Source: an uncultured Pseudomonadota bacterium
GTDB taxonomy: Bacteria; Pseudomonadota; Gammaproteobacteria; Burkholderiales; SG8-39
Assembly: GCA_903829815.1 (NCBI GenBank)
Contig: CAIKRR010000005.1
Span: 506-64,505 of the forward strand
DNA length: 64,000 nucleotides
Direction of reading: 5' to 3'
Shown in pieces: positions 1-9,117 of this stretch (position 1 is the stretch's first letter; each line of letters opens with the position of its first letter). The translations under genes and the position numbers were made by a program. The notes below the pieces were generated by a model. It saw only the letters and a program-made list of their open reading frames with translations, made no database searches and had not been told where the DNA came from.

Positions 1-300
1 GTGTTCTCGCCGACGCTGCTGGCCAATGGCGACCCGGTGTCGATCGCCATCGACTTTGCGGCCGCCGTGATTGGCATCTGGTTCATATCCGCCTCCATCA
101 TGGGCTACTCGGTGCGTCTGCTCTCGGTGGCTGGACGCGTTGGCTACGGTCTGGCCGGTGTGCTCGTATTCATGCCCTCGGTGGTTGCCGGACCGCTGCG
201 CTGGGTCAATCTTGTCGGTGTAGCGCTTGCGCTCACCTTGTTCATTCGCGACCGCGCGCTCGCCGGTCGTCCGCTGGCTTTTTCAACGAGGAGAACCTGA
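1..300 (+). CDS. TRAP transporter fused (4TM/12TM) permease, C-terminal fragment (5' truncated by the window edge)
   Basis: Hydrophobic C-terminus 'VFSPTLL...IGIWFISASIMGY...RVGYGLAGVLVFMP' resembles DctM-fusion C-termini; stop overlaps the next ATG (TGATG). Confidence 0.6.
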   Translation: MFSPTLLANGDPVSIAIDFAAAVIGIWFISASIMGYSVRLLSVAGRVGYGLAGVLVFMPSVVAGPLRWVNLVGVALALTLFIRDRALAGRPLAFSTRRT

Positions 301-998
301 TGGTGCGCTATGAAGTGCCGGCCGATCTGGCCGATCGTCTGATGGCTCGTCGGGGTCGTCTGCATGCCTACGACCAATTCAATGCGGCATCGACGGCGAT
401 GCTCATCGTCGACATGCAGAACTTCTTCATGAAGGACGGTGAACTCATGTGTGCGCCGGCCGCACGCGACATCGTGCCGAATGTCAATCGCCTGGCAGCC
501 GAGTTGCGTGCAGCCGGCGGCCTGGTCGTCTGGGTGGTGATGGAAGCGAGCGAGGAGTCGCGCGCCGCCTGGGCCAATTTCCATGAACTGTTTCATGCCG
601 AGGCGTTCAATCGACGCATGAAGTCGCTGGGCCCTGCGGGCGAAGGTTTTCGCTTGTGGCCCACCATGCAGCCTGCGGCGGGTGACGAGACGGTGGTCAA
701 GCGCCGTTACAGCGCTTTCATCGAGGGCTCATCCGATGTCGAGTCGGTGCTCCGGCGCCATGCGATCGACACCGTGCTGGTCACCGGCGTGGCCACCAAC
801 GTGTGCTGCGAGTCGACCGCGCGCGACTGCATGATGCGCGGTTTTCGCACCGTGATGGTCTCCGATGGCAACGCCTCCTTCACCCAGGCCGAGCATGACA
901 TGGCGCTGCGCAATTTCATCACCTACTTCGGTGACGTGCAGTCCACCGATGAGGTGCTCGTCCATATGGGACGTGCGCCGGGCCTGGCAGCGGCCTGA
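300..998 (+). CDS. Cysteine hydrolase / isochorismatase family amidohydrolase (RutB-like)
   Basis: Asp-Lys-Cys triad motifs IVDMQN, VKRRYSAF, GVATNVCCESTARD; GAGGAG RBS upstream. Confidence 0.85.
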   Translation: MVRYEVPADLADRLMARRGRLHAYDQFNAASTAMLIVDMQNFFMKDGELMCAPAARDIVPNVNRLAAELRAAGGLVVWVVMEASEESRAAWANFHELFHAEAFNRRMKSLGPAGEGFRLWPTMQPAAGDETVVKRRYSAFIEGSSDVESVLRRHAIDTVLVTGVATNVCCESTARDCMMRGFRTVMVSDGNASFTQAEHDMALRNFITYFGDVQSTDEVLVHMGRAPGLAAA

Positions 999-1240
999 TC
1001 ACGTCTTGACGGGGCCGGGCATGGTGATCTCCCTGCCTTGCCCCGGGCGCCAGCCGGTAGCCTGCCGATCGATCTGTGCGGGGTCCTCTTCGAGTGCTGC
1101 AATGTTCACCGCGGGTAGCCCGAGTCCAGGCAAAGCAGGCCGCCGCCGCCGTGACCGATGTTGCATTGCGCGATGAAATGCAGGCGGCAGATGGTGTAGG
1201 CTCATCCTCAACTGAGGTCGAGTTTCGAAGGAGGGGCATC

Positions 1241-1813
1241 ATGAATGCGCGAGATGCATCGTTGCCGGTCGAGGCAGCGGGTCGTGTTGTTCCGATCCAC
1301 GGGCTGCACCATTGGGCCTGGCGTTGCCGTGATGCCGAGGAGACGCGGCACTTCTACGAGGACATCCTGGGCTTGCCTCTGGCGCATCTGATACGTGCCG
1401 AGAACGTGCCGAGCACTGGCGAATTCTGTCCTTACGTCCATCTGTTCTTCCGCATGACCGATGGCTCCTACATCGCGTTTTTCGATCTCGGCGATGACAT
1501 TGCGGCCGAACCCTCACCCAACACGCCGGCCTGGGTCAATCACATGGCGCTCAACGTGGGCTCGATGGCCGAGGTGGTCGAGGCCAAGCGTCGTCTCGAA
1601 GCCCACGGCATTCAGGTGCTCGGTGTGACCGATCACCATTTTGTGCAGTCGATCTACTTCTTCGATCCCAACGGTTTCCGGCTCGAACTCACCTACCAGA
1701 ACGGGTCGTCCGAGTACATGGCGGCCAAGGCGGCAACGGCGCATGAGGAATTGGCCGCCTGGGTCACCGAGAAGGCCCAGCGCAGGATGGCAGCCGCGAC
1801 GGCCAGGGGCTGA
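1241..1813 (+). CDS. VOC (glyoxalase/bleomycin resistance) family protein
   Basis: GLHHWAWRCRDAEETRHFYEDILGL, NHMAL and SIYFFDPNGFRLEL motifs; AGGAGG RBS before ATG 1241 (shorter than the track ORF). Confidence 0.85.
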   Translation: MNARDASLPVEAAGRVVPIHGLHHWAWRCRDAEETRHFYEDILGLPLAHLIRAENVPSTGEFCPYVHLFFRMTDGSYIAFFDLGDDIAAEPSPNTPAWVNHMALNVGSMAEVVEAKRRLEAHGIQVLGVTDHHFVQSIYFFDPNGFRLELTYQNGSSEYMAAKAATAHEELAAWVTEKAQRRMAAATARG

Positions 1814-1909
1814 GTCGACCCTGCCTGCAGTGCCCACGCTGGGGCAGCCTCTGGCATTGCGTCCGGTACGGCTTCGATGGCTGCTTCGGGTCCCGGCGGT
1901 CAAGACCCT

Positions 1910-2812
1910 TCAGGCGGTCTGCCGCGCTTGCCGCGCCAGTATGTCCGCTCTGCGCGCGAGCAGTCGTTGTGCTCGCTGCACGACCGGGATGTCGATCATC
2001 CGACCATCGATCTGAAACGAGGCGCGCCCTGCCAGACGCGCTGCCTGGTCAAGGGCGATGACTCGTTCGGCATAGGCGATATCGGCGGCCGATGGGGAGT
2101 ACTCCTCGTTGACGATCGTGACCTGACCGGGGTGTATGCAACTGGCCCCATCGAATCCGAGTGCACGCGAACGACGTACCATCGCGCGAAAGCGTCCCCA
2201 GTCGGAAAAGTCAGCGACCGTGCTGATGTATCCCAATGGCATCACACCCGCCGCCCGCGCTGCGATGATCATCTGCTGCTTGGGCATCATGAGTGCTTCG
2301 TCGCTCGGGTCCATGCCGCATTCGAGCGCGAAATCCTCGCCGCCGATGTTCATCGCCACGACACGCGGGCTGGCTCTTGCGATCTCGTGCATCGCCAGGA
2401 AGGCTGCCGGTGTCTCGATCATGACCAGAAAGCGCGTGTGGCCGTTGGGCAGGCCAGCCAGCACTTCGCGTTCGCCTGCCAGTTCGTCGAGCAGGCGCAC
2501 ATGCGACGCGCCATCGACCTTGGTGATCGCGATGGCATCGACATGCGGCCCGATCACGGCTTCGATGTCGCGCACGGCCAGAGACAGCGGGCGATTGATC
2601 CGCACCACGACGTCGGCGCCACCGCGCCGAACGCGTTCGGCAGCCGAGGCGACCTGCGCGCGCGCGCCAGCCTTTTCGGCCAATGGCACGCTGTCTTCGA
2701 GGTCGAGTTGTATCGCATCGGCGCCGCGCGTGTGCGCGCGGTCGACAAAGCGCTCGACATTGGCCGGCACGTAGAGCAGCGAGCGCCACACCGGGCGGTC
2801 AGCGATCTTCAT
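1910..2812 (-). CDS. CitE/HpcH-HpaI family acyl-CoA lyase (citramalyl-/malyl-CoA lyase-like)
   Basis: RSLLYVP, LDLEDSV, VVRIN, MIETP, GGED, CIHPGQV and DGRMID motifs; start MKIADRP overlaps the upstream CoA-transferase. Confidence 0.88.
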   Translation of the reverse strand: MKIADRPVWRSLLYVPANVERFVDRAHTRGADAIQLDLEDSVPLAEKAGARAQVASAAERVRRGGADVVVRINRPLSLAVRDIEAVIGPHVDAIAITKVDGASHVRLLDELAGEREVLAGLPNGHTRFLVMIETPAAFLAMHEIARASPRVVAMNIGGEDFALECGMDPSDEALMMPKQQMIIAARAAGVMPLGYISTVADFSDWGRFRAMVRRSRALGFDGASCIHPGQVTIVNEEYSPSAADIAYAERVIALDQAARLAGRASFQIDGRMIDIPVVQRAQRLLARRADILARQARQTA

Positions 2813-4064
2813 CGGGTTCTCCGTGTATGACGCCGTCTCGGCGCAAGGCGGCCAGGCGGGTCGCGTCGATGCCGATGCGAGCAAGGACCTGGGCGTTGTG
2901 TTCACCCAGACGCGGTGCAGGCGCGGTGATTGTCCCTGGGGTTGCACTGAAACGTGGCACCGGCTGGTGCATCGGAATCGACCCCATCTGGGCATCGGCT
3001 ATTTCGGTAAAGAGACCGCGTGCGCGCACATGGGGGTCGTCGCCGATCTGCGAGGCATCCAGCATCGGTCCGACGGTGACCTCGGCGGCACGAAAGAATT
3101 GCACCACCTCGGCCTGACTGCGCCCGGCGATGAACTCGGCGATGAGGGCATCGAGTGCCTCCCAGTTGAGCAGGCGCTCGCGGTTGGTGCAAAAACGCGT
3201 GTCGGCAATGAGTTCGGGCTGTCCGATGGCACGAAACAGCCGCTCGGTCATCTGCTGGGTCGAGGCCGACAGGCACACATGGTGTCCGTCCAGGGTCCGG
3301 TAGGCATTGCGCGGGGCCGAGTTGGTCGAGCGGTTGCCCGTGCGTGGTTTGACCTGACCGGTGAGGCGATAATTGGCCAGTTGCGGCCCCAGTACCGCCA
3401 CCAGCGGGTCGAGTAGTGGCAGGTCGATGATCTGACCCCTGCCGCCATTGACCTCGACCTCGCGCAGAGCCATCAGTACCGCGCTGGCCCCGTACAGACC
3501 CGCCACCGAGTCGGCCAGGTAGAACGGCGGCAGCAGCGGTTCGCGGTCGGCAAAGCCATTCATCGCGGCAAAACCCGACAGGCCTTCCACCAGCGTGCCA
3601 AACCCGGGCTGGCGGCTGTAGGGCCCATCCTGTCCCCACCCCGAGATCCGCACGATCACCAGACGCGGGGCGGCTGCCAGGAGGCGCTCTGGTGCCAGTC
3701 CCATTGCTTCGAGAGTGCCTGGACGAAAGCTCTCGATCAGGCAGTGGGCGGTGGGTGCCAGTTCGAGCAGCAGTTCGATGGCAGCCGGTGCGCGGAAGTC
3801 GATCGAGAGGCTTTTCTTGTTGCGGGCATAGACCTTCCAGGCAGTTGCAACGCCATCGACCTGCCACTGTCGCAGGGTGTCGCCTGTGGGTGGCTCGACC
3901 TTGATCACCTCAGCGCCAAAGTCAGCCAGTTGCTGCGACAGGATATTGCCTGCTACCAGCCGAGAGAGATCCAGCACCCGGACGCCTCGCAGGGGCCCGG
4001 GCAGCGCTTCGGGGCGGGGCGATGGGGTGGGGACGGCAGCAGTCTGGGGAGCGGGATCGTTCAT
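2799..4064 (-). CDS. Family III CoA-transferase (CaiB/BaiF)
   Basis: GVRVLDLSRLVAG, ADFGAEVIKVEPP, RNKKSL, ESFRPG; catalytic Asp in YLADSVAG. Confidence 0.92.
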   Translation of the reverse strand: MNDPAPQTAAVPTPSPRPEALPGPLRGVRVLDLSRLVAGNILSQQLADFGAEVIKVEPPTGDTLRQWQVDGVATAWKVYARNKKSLSIDFRAPAAIELLLELAPTAHCLIESFRPGTLEAMGLAPERLLAAAPRLVIVRISGWGQDGPYSRQPGFGTLVEGLSGFAAMNGFADREPLLPPFYLADSVAGLYGASAVLMALREVEVNGGRGQIIDLPLLDPLVAVLGPQLANYRLTGQVKPRTGNRSTNSAPRNAYRTLDGHHVCLSASTQQMTERLFRAIGQPELIADTRFCTNRERLLNWEALDALIAEFIAGRSQAEVVQFFRAAEVTVGPMLDASQIGDDPHVRARGLFTEIADAQMGSIPMHQPVPRFSATPGTITAPAPRLGEHNAQVLARIGIDATRLAALRRDGVIHGEPDEDR

Positions 4065-4216
4065 GACAGTTGCAGGCAGGGCTTGAGCCGTCGCAGCCGA
4101 TGATACGCCAGAGGGCTACAATCCGGCCACAACCCCTGGCCCTCAGAGCCCTCGACTCCGGACATTCAGCCCGCTCAATTTCAGCCCTCAACATCTCGGC
4201 CCCGGTGCCTCTCCTC

Positions 4217-5131
4217 ATGAGCTTGCACGACATCGCATCGCTGCGCACCTGGATTGGTCGGAGCGAGACTCAGGTTGATCATGTCACCGTGCCCACGGTG
4301 CAGCGACTGGCAGCCCTGCTCGATCGTGATGACCCGTTGCCGCAACTGGGCGATACGCTGCCGATCGGTTGGTATTCGGTGCTGTTTCCGCGGGTGGTTC
4401 GCCGCTCGCAGGTGGGCAGCGACGGTCATCCCGAACGGGGTGACTTTCTGCCGCCGGTGGCACTGCCACGGCGCATGTTTGCCGGGCGCCGCACCTGGTT
4501 TCACGCGCCCCTGCTGCTGGGCGACATCGCTGAAAAGCGTGCCTCGATCAAGGATGTGACACTCAAGGAAGGGCGCAGTGGCGTCATGGTGTTCGTGACG
4601 GTGCGCGCTGAAATTCATTCGCCACGCGGACTTGCGATCATCGAGGAGCAGGACATCGTATACCGCGAGGCAAGCCAGGCCAGGGCTGCAAGCGATGCAG
4701 ACAAGCGCACCGCGCCGACGGTTGTTTCCGGCACCAGCGTGGCCGCGCTCCAGCCTGCCTGGCGACGGCCCTTCCGTGCCGATGAACCGACCCTGTTTCG
4801 CTACTCGGCGCTGACCTTCAATGGTCATCGCATCCACTACGATCTGCCTTATACGACCGCAGTCGAGGGCTACCCGACGCTGGTCGTCAATGGTGGCCTT
4901 GCCACCCTGCTGCTGTACGAACTGGCGCGCGAGCACATCGAACGACCTGTGGTGTCGTTCAGTTCGCGCAATCTGCGCCCGATGTTTGTCGACCAGCCGC
5001 TCATGCTCGAGGGTGCTCAGCGTCCTGCGGGCGGGGCCTGGTTGCGGGTTGTCGACGAGGCCGGCGCAGTGGCCCTCTGGGCCGAGGCGCACTGTGATGC
5101 CGATCGGCTTGCCCCCACCGTGCCTGCCTGA
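4217..5131 (+). CDS. Double-hotdog hydratase (itaconyl-CoA / mesaconyl-C4-CoA hydratase-like, MaoC/HTD2 family)
   Basis: DGHPERGDFLPPVALPRRMFAG, GRSG, EEQDIVYR and LFRYSALTFNGHRIHYD motifs. Confidence 0.85.
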   Translation: MSLHDIASLRTWIGRSETQVDHVTVPTVQRLAALLDRDDPLPQLGDTLPIGWYSVLFPRVVRRSQVGSDGHPERGDFLPPVALPRRMFAGRRTWFHAPLLLGDIAEKRASIKDVTLKEGRSGVMVFVTVRAEIHSPRGLAIIEEQDIVYREASQARAASDADKRTAPTVVSGTSVAALQPAWRRPFRADEPTLFRYSALTFNGHRIHYDLPYTTAVEGYPTLVVNGGLATLLLYELAREHIERPVVSFSSRNLRPMFVDQPLMLEGAQRPAGGAWLRVVDEAGAVALWAEAHCDADRLAPTVPA

Positions 5132-5141
5132 GGATCCAATC

Positions 5142-6344
5142 ATGGCTGGTGGCCCGCTCGAAGGTACGCGCATCATCGACCTCACCTCGGTGGTGGTCGG
5201 GCCACTGGCCACCCAGGTGCTGGCCGATCATGGCGCCGACGTGATCAAGGTCGAGAGTCCGGCCGGGGATATCGGGCGTCATCTTGCCGGGCGCGGACGT
5301 TCTCCGGGGATGTCGGCCAAGTTCATGCACCTGAACCGCAACAAGCGCTCGATCGTGCTCGATCTGCGCCAGTCAAGCGCGCTGCAGGTGATGCGCGGGT
5401 TGCTCGTCGATGCCGATGTGCTGCTCTGGAACGTGCGGCCCGCTTCGATGCAGCGTCTCGGTCTCGATTACTCGAGCGTGCGCGCGATCAATCCGCGGCT
5501 CATCTACTGCGGCATGTTCGGCTTCGGCCAAGCGGGGTGCTACCGCGACCGGCCCGCCTACGACTCCATCATCCAGGGCATCTCGGGCGTTGCAGCGCTG
5601 CATGAGCGCGTGACCGGCACGCCGCGCTACGTACCCTATGTGATGGCTGATCGAACGGTGGGCCTGATCGCGGTGCAGATGATCCTGATGGCGCTGCTGC
5701 GCCGTGTCCGCACCGGCGAGGGCGAGTCGATCGAAATTCCCATGTTCGAGAACATGGTGGCTCAAGTGATGACCGAACACATGTATCAGGCCAGCTTCGA
5801 GCCGCCGATCGGCGGCTATGGCGATCCACGCGTGCTCGACCCCGAGAACCGGCCACTGGCCACGCGCGACGGGTTCCTGTGCCTGTCGGCCAACACCGAC
5901 CCCCAGGCGCACGCCTTGTTCGAGGCAATCGGGCGACCCGAACTGGCGCTCGACCCGCGCTTTGCCACGGTGGCTGCGCGGTTTCAGAACGTGAAGGACT
6001 ACTTCGTCATTCGTGCCGAGGGTCTGGCCCGCAAGACCACCGCCGAGTGGCTCGAGATCTTCGATCGGCTCGATGTGCCGGCTGCGCCTTACCATCGTCT
6101 GGAGACACTACGCGATGATCCGCACCTGCGCGATGTCGGCCTGTTCCAGACCGTCGACCATCCGAGCGAGGGCGGTTTCGTCAATATCGGTCTGGCCAAC
6201 CGGATGTCCGGGGGCGCACGCGCCGACTTTCAGGGGGCGCCGCGTCTGGGCCAGCATACGCGTGAGGTGTTGCGCGAAGCCGGGCTCGATGAGTCGGCCA
6301 TTGCCGCGCTGCTGGCAGCCGGTGCGGCGGTGGCAGGTGACTGA
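5142..6344 (+). CDS. Family III CoA-transferase (CaiB/BaiF)
   Basis: GPLEGTRIIDL, ADHGADVIKVESP, LNRNKRSI, PAYD; catalytic Asp in VMADRTVG; GAGGA RBS. Confidence 0.92.
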   Translation: MAGGPLEGTRIIDLTSVVVGPLATQVLADHGADVIKVESPAGDIGRHLAGRGRSPGMSAKFMHLNRNKRSIVLDLRQSSALQVMRGLLVDADVLLWNVRPASMQRLGLDYSSVRAINPRLIYCGMFGFGQAGCYRDRPAYDSIIQGISGVAALHERVTGTPRYVPYVMADRTVGLIAVQMILMALLRRVRTGEGESIEIPMFENMVAQVMTEHMYQASFEPPIGGYGDPRVLDPENRPLATRDGFLCLSANTDPQAHALFEAIGRPELALDPRFATVAARFQNVKDYFVIRAEGLARKTTAEWLEIFDRLDVPAAPYHRLETLRDDPHLRDVGLFQTVDHPSEGGFVNIGLANRMSGGARADFQGAPRLGQHTREVLREAGLDESAIAALLAAGAAVAGD

Positions 6345-7320
6345 GGTGCGCAGCCTCTGCCTTGCCCTGCTGGTCGTGCTGGGTGTCGCGCTGAGCGGCT
6401 CGGCAGCCCAGGCGCAGCCGCGGTTTCCCCAGCGCGCTGTGCACCTCATCGTGCCGTTTCCACCGGGTGGCAGTACCGACATCGTGGCGCGTGCCATCGC
6501 GCAGGCCATGTCCGATGGCTTCGGTCAGCCGGTCATCATCGACAATCGTCCCGGGGCGGGCGGATCGATCGGCGTCGAGGCTGCGGTTCGCGCCCCGGCC
6601 GATGGGTACACGCTGGTGATGGGACATATCGGCACGCTGGCGGTAAACCCTGCCCTGTATGCCCACCTGCCCTACGATCCCCTGCGTGATCTGGCGCCGA
6701 TCGACTTGATTGCGCTGGTGCCCAACATCCTCGTGGTGCATCCCTCGCTGCCTGCCAGCACGGTGCAGGAACTGGTGGCGCTGCTGCGGGCCCGGCCGGG
6801 TGCCTACAGCTATGCCTCCGGTGGCGCCGGCAGCGCGGCGCATCTGGCGGTGGAGTATTTCAAGCTGGTAACCGGCACTGACATCGTGCATGTGCCCTAC
6901 AAGGGTACCGGGCCGGCCATGACCGATCTGCTGGGTGGCCAGGTGGCCCTCACCATGACCGGCTTGCCGCCCTTGGCGCCTCAGATCCGTGCCGGGCGGG
7001 TGCGTGCCCTGGCCGTGGCCGGCAATCAGCGTCTGGCCCAGATGCCCAATCTGCCGACGGTGGCCGAGTCGGGCTATCCCGGGTTTGCCGCGACGCAGTG
7101 GTACGGCCTGCTGGCACCGGCCGGGACGCCTGCCGCTGTCATCGATCGTCTGCATGCTGAAGTCGTGCGCAGTCTTGCCCTGCCCGCTGTGCGCATGCGT
7201 CTGGAGGCCGAAGGCGCCGAGCCGGTCGACAGTTCGCCGGCTCGCTTTGCTGCGTTCATTCGCGCTGAAATCGAGCGCTGGGGCAAGGTGGTTCGTGACG
7301 CGCGCATCCGGGCCGATTGA
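6337..7320 (+). CDS. Tripartite tricarboxylate transporter substrate-binding protein (Bug/TctC family)
   Basis: Signal peptide; LIVPFPPGGSTD, DNRPGAGG, DGYTL, HVPYKG and WGKVVRDARI motifs; GTG start overlaps the previous stop (6346 is an alternative start). Confidence 0.92.
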   Translation: MTEVRSLCLALLVVLGVALSGSAAQAQPRFPQRAVHLIVPFPPGGSTDIVARAIAQAMSDGFGQPVIIDNRPGAGGSIGVEAAVRAPADGYTLVMGHIGTLAVNPALYAHLPYDPLRDLAPIDLIALVPNILVVHPSLPASTVQELVALLRARPGAYSYASGGAGSAAHLAVEYFKLVTGTDIVHVPYKGTGPAMTDLLGGQVALTMTGLPPLAPQIRAGRVRALAVAGNQRLAQMPNLPTVAESGYPGFAATQWYGLLAPAGTPAAVIDRLHAEVVRSLALPAVRMRLEAEGAEPVDSSPARFAAFIRAEIERWGKVVRDARIRAD

Positions 7321-7323
7321 CCG

Positions 7324-9117
7324 ATGCGTACGCCGGTTCAGGTGTTGTTCGCCACGGTGCTGTGCTGCGTTCTTGCCTGGGGCAGCGCACGGGCGGCTGA
7401 GCCATCACTCGACACCGTCGAGGCCGAGGCTGCTCGACCCTGGGACATCGTGTTCGAGACCGGGGCGTTCGACCGCGCGCCGATCCAATCGCTCATTGCG
7501 CCGTGGCGCGAGGAAATCGGCCCACGCGCCACTCGCACCCGCCTGGAGCGCCTGGCACGCCAGCTGAATGTGGCAGGTCTCGAGGTGCTGGCAGCCGAGG
7601 GCTGGTTTGCCGGCCGGATCGATGCCCTGGTCGAGCCGGACGCCGGTGAGGATCGCTGGCGGATCAAGGTTGTCATCGTGGCGGGTACGCCAGCGCGGGT
7701 GAGCGCCATCGATCTGCAGTTTGACGGCGTTATTGCAGGCGATGCCGAAGAGGACGTTGCGGCACGCGATGCGGCGCGCGCTGCCTTCAGCCTGGGCGAG
7801 GGCGCGAGGTTTCGATCCGCCGACTGGGAGGCGGCCAAGCAGTCGGTGCTGCGTCGTCTGCAGGCGCGGCGTTTCCCGGCAGCCCGCATCGTGAGCAGTC
7901 GGGGCGAGGTTGATCCGGATTCGGGCCAGGTGCAGCTCCAGGTGCGCTTTGACAGCGGCCCCGAGTATCGATTCGGCGCCTTGCGCCTTGCCGCGTCGGA
8001 GCGGGTCAATCCGGTGGTCGTCGAGCGCCTGAACCGCATTCGCAGTGGCGAGGTGTATTCGCAGGCGGCGCTGGCAAACCTGCAGACTCGGCTGCAGCAG
8101 TCGCAGTACTTTGCCTTCGTCAATGTCTCGGCCGATCCTGCTCAGGGTGATCCGCAGGCCTTGCCGGTCGATGTCGAACTCACCGCTGCTCGGCACTACC
8201 TGCTCGAGACCGGGTTGGGTTACAGCACCGACAGCGGACCGCGCGCCTCGCTGCAGTACGAGGACCGTGCGATCTTTGGCAGCGATGTCCAGTGGCGTAA
8301 CCTGTTCCGGCTCGACGCGCGTGAGCAGACCGCGTCTTCGGAATTGCGCGGCCCGGTCGACGAGACGGGTTGGCAGCTGGCCTTGCGGGCCGGTGTCGGT
8401 TTCCAGGACTACAGCGGTCTGGCCGTGCATGCGCAGACGGTGACGCTGGAACGATCGAAGTTCGAGGGCCGCATCGAGCGGGCTCTCAGCCTGCAGGCGG
8501 TGCGCAGCAACGAGTCTCCCAATGGCGCCGACGCCGCACTCAAGCGCGCGCTTGCACCCGGCTACGCCTGGCGCTATCGGGATTTTGACAATCCGCTCGA
8601 TCCCCGTCGCGGCTTCGAGCTCAACGCGCGTCTCAGTGGTGGTACGCGCGCGGCTGGTTCCGATGCGAACTTCGTGCGCAGTTTTGGCCGCCTGGTGAGC
8701 ATTCAGCCGGTTGGGGGCGACAACTCGCTCGTGCTGAGGGCCGAAGCCGGGGCGGTCAGTGCGCCCTCGCGGGACCATGTGCCCGCCGACTTTCTCTTTC
8801 GCATCGGCGGCGACCAGTCACTGCGCGGATATCGCTACCTGTCGATCGGCCCGCGCGAAGGCAACGCAGTGGTCGGGGGCCGCTATGAGGCCATCGTCGG
8901 CGCCGAATGGATCCACTGGGTTTCTCCAACGCTTGGTGTGGCTGCCTTTCATGAGCGGGGCGATGCCGTCGAACGGTCCGCCGATTTTCACTGGAATGCA
9001 GCCTGGGGCATGGGTGTGCGATGGCGCTCGGGCATCGGGCCGATCAACGCCGACCTTGCCTGGGGCGAGTCGGTCAATGCCCTGCGCTTTCACCTATCGC
9101 TTGGATTTCTCTTCTGA
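7324..9117 (+). CDS. tamA: Autotransporter assembly outer-membrane protein TamA (Omp85 family)
   Basis: Signal peptide, POTRA-like region, GLGYSTDSG, FRIGGDQSLRGY, GVRWRSGIGP, terminal Phe; followed by tamB. Confidence 0.88.
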   Translation: MRTPVQVLFATVLCCVLAWGSARAAEPSLDTVEAEAARPWDIVFETGAFDRAPIQSLIAPWREEIGPRATRTRLERLARQLNVAGLEVLAAEGWFAGRIDALVEPDAGEDRWRIKVVIVAGTPARVSAIDLQFDGVIAGDAEEDVAARDAARAAFSLGEGARFRSADWEAAKQSVLRRLQARRFPAARIVSSRGEVDPDSGQVQLQVRFDSGPEYRFGALRLAASERVNPVVVERLNRIRSGEVYSQAALANLQTRLQQSQYFAFVNVSADPAQGDPQALPVDVELTAARHYLLETGLGYSTDSGPRASLQYEDRAIFGSDVQWRNLFRLDAREQTASSELRGPVDETGWQLALRAGVGFQDYSGLAVHAQTVTLERSKFEGRIERALSLQAVRSNESPNGADAALKRALAPGYAWRYRDFDNPLDPRRGFELNARLSGGTRAAGSDANFVRSFGRLVSIQPVGGDNSLVLRAEAGAVSAPSRDHVPADFLFRIGGDQSLRGYRYLSIGPREGNAVVGGRYEAIVGAEWIHWVSPTLGVAAFHERGDAVERSADFHWNAAWGMGVRWRSGIGPINADLAWGESVNALRFHLSLGFLF

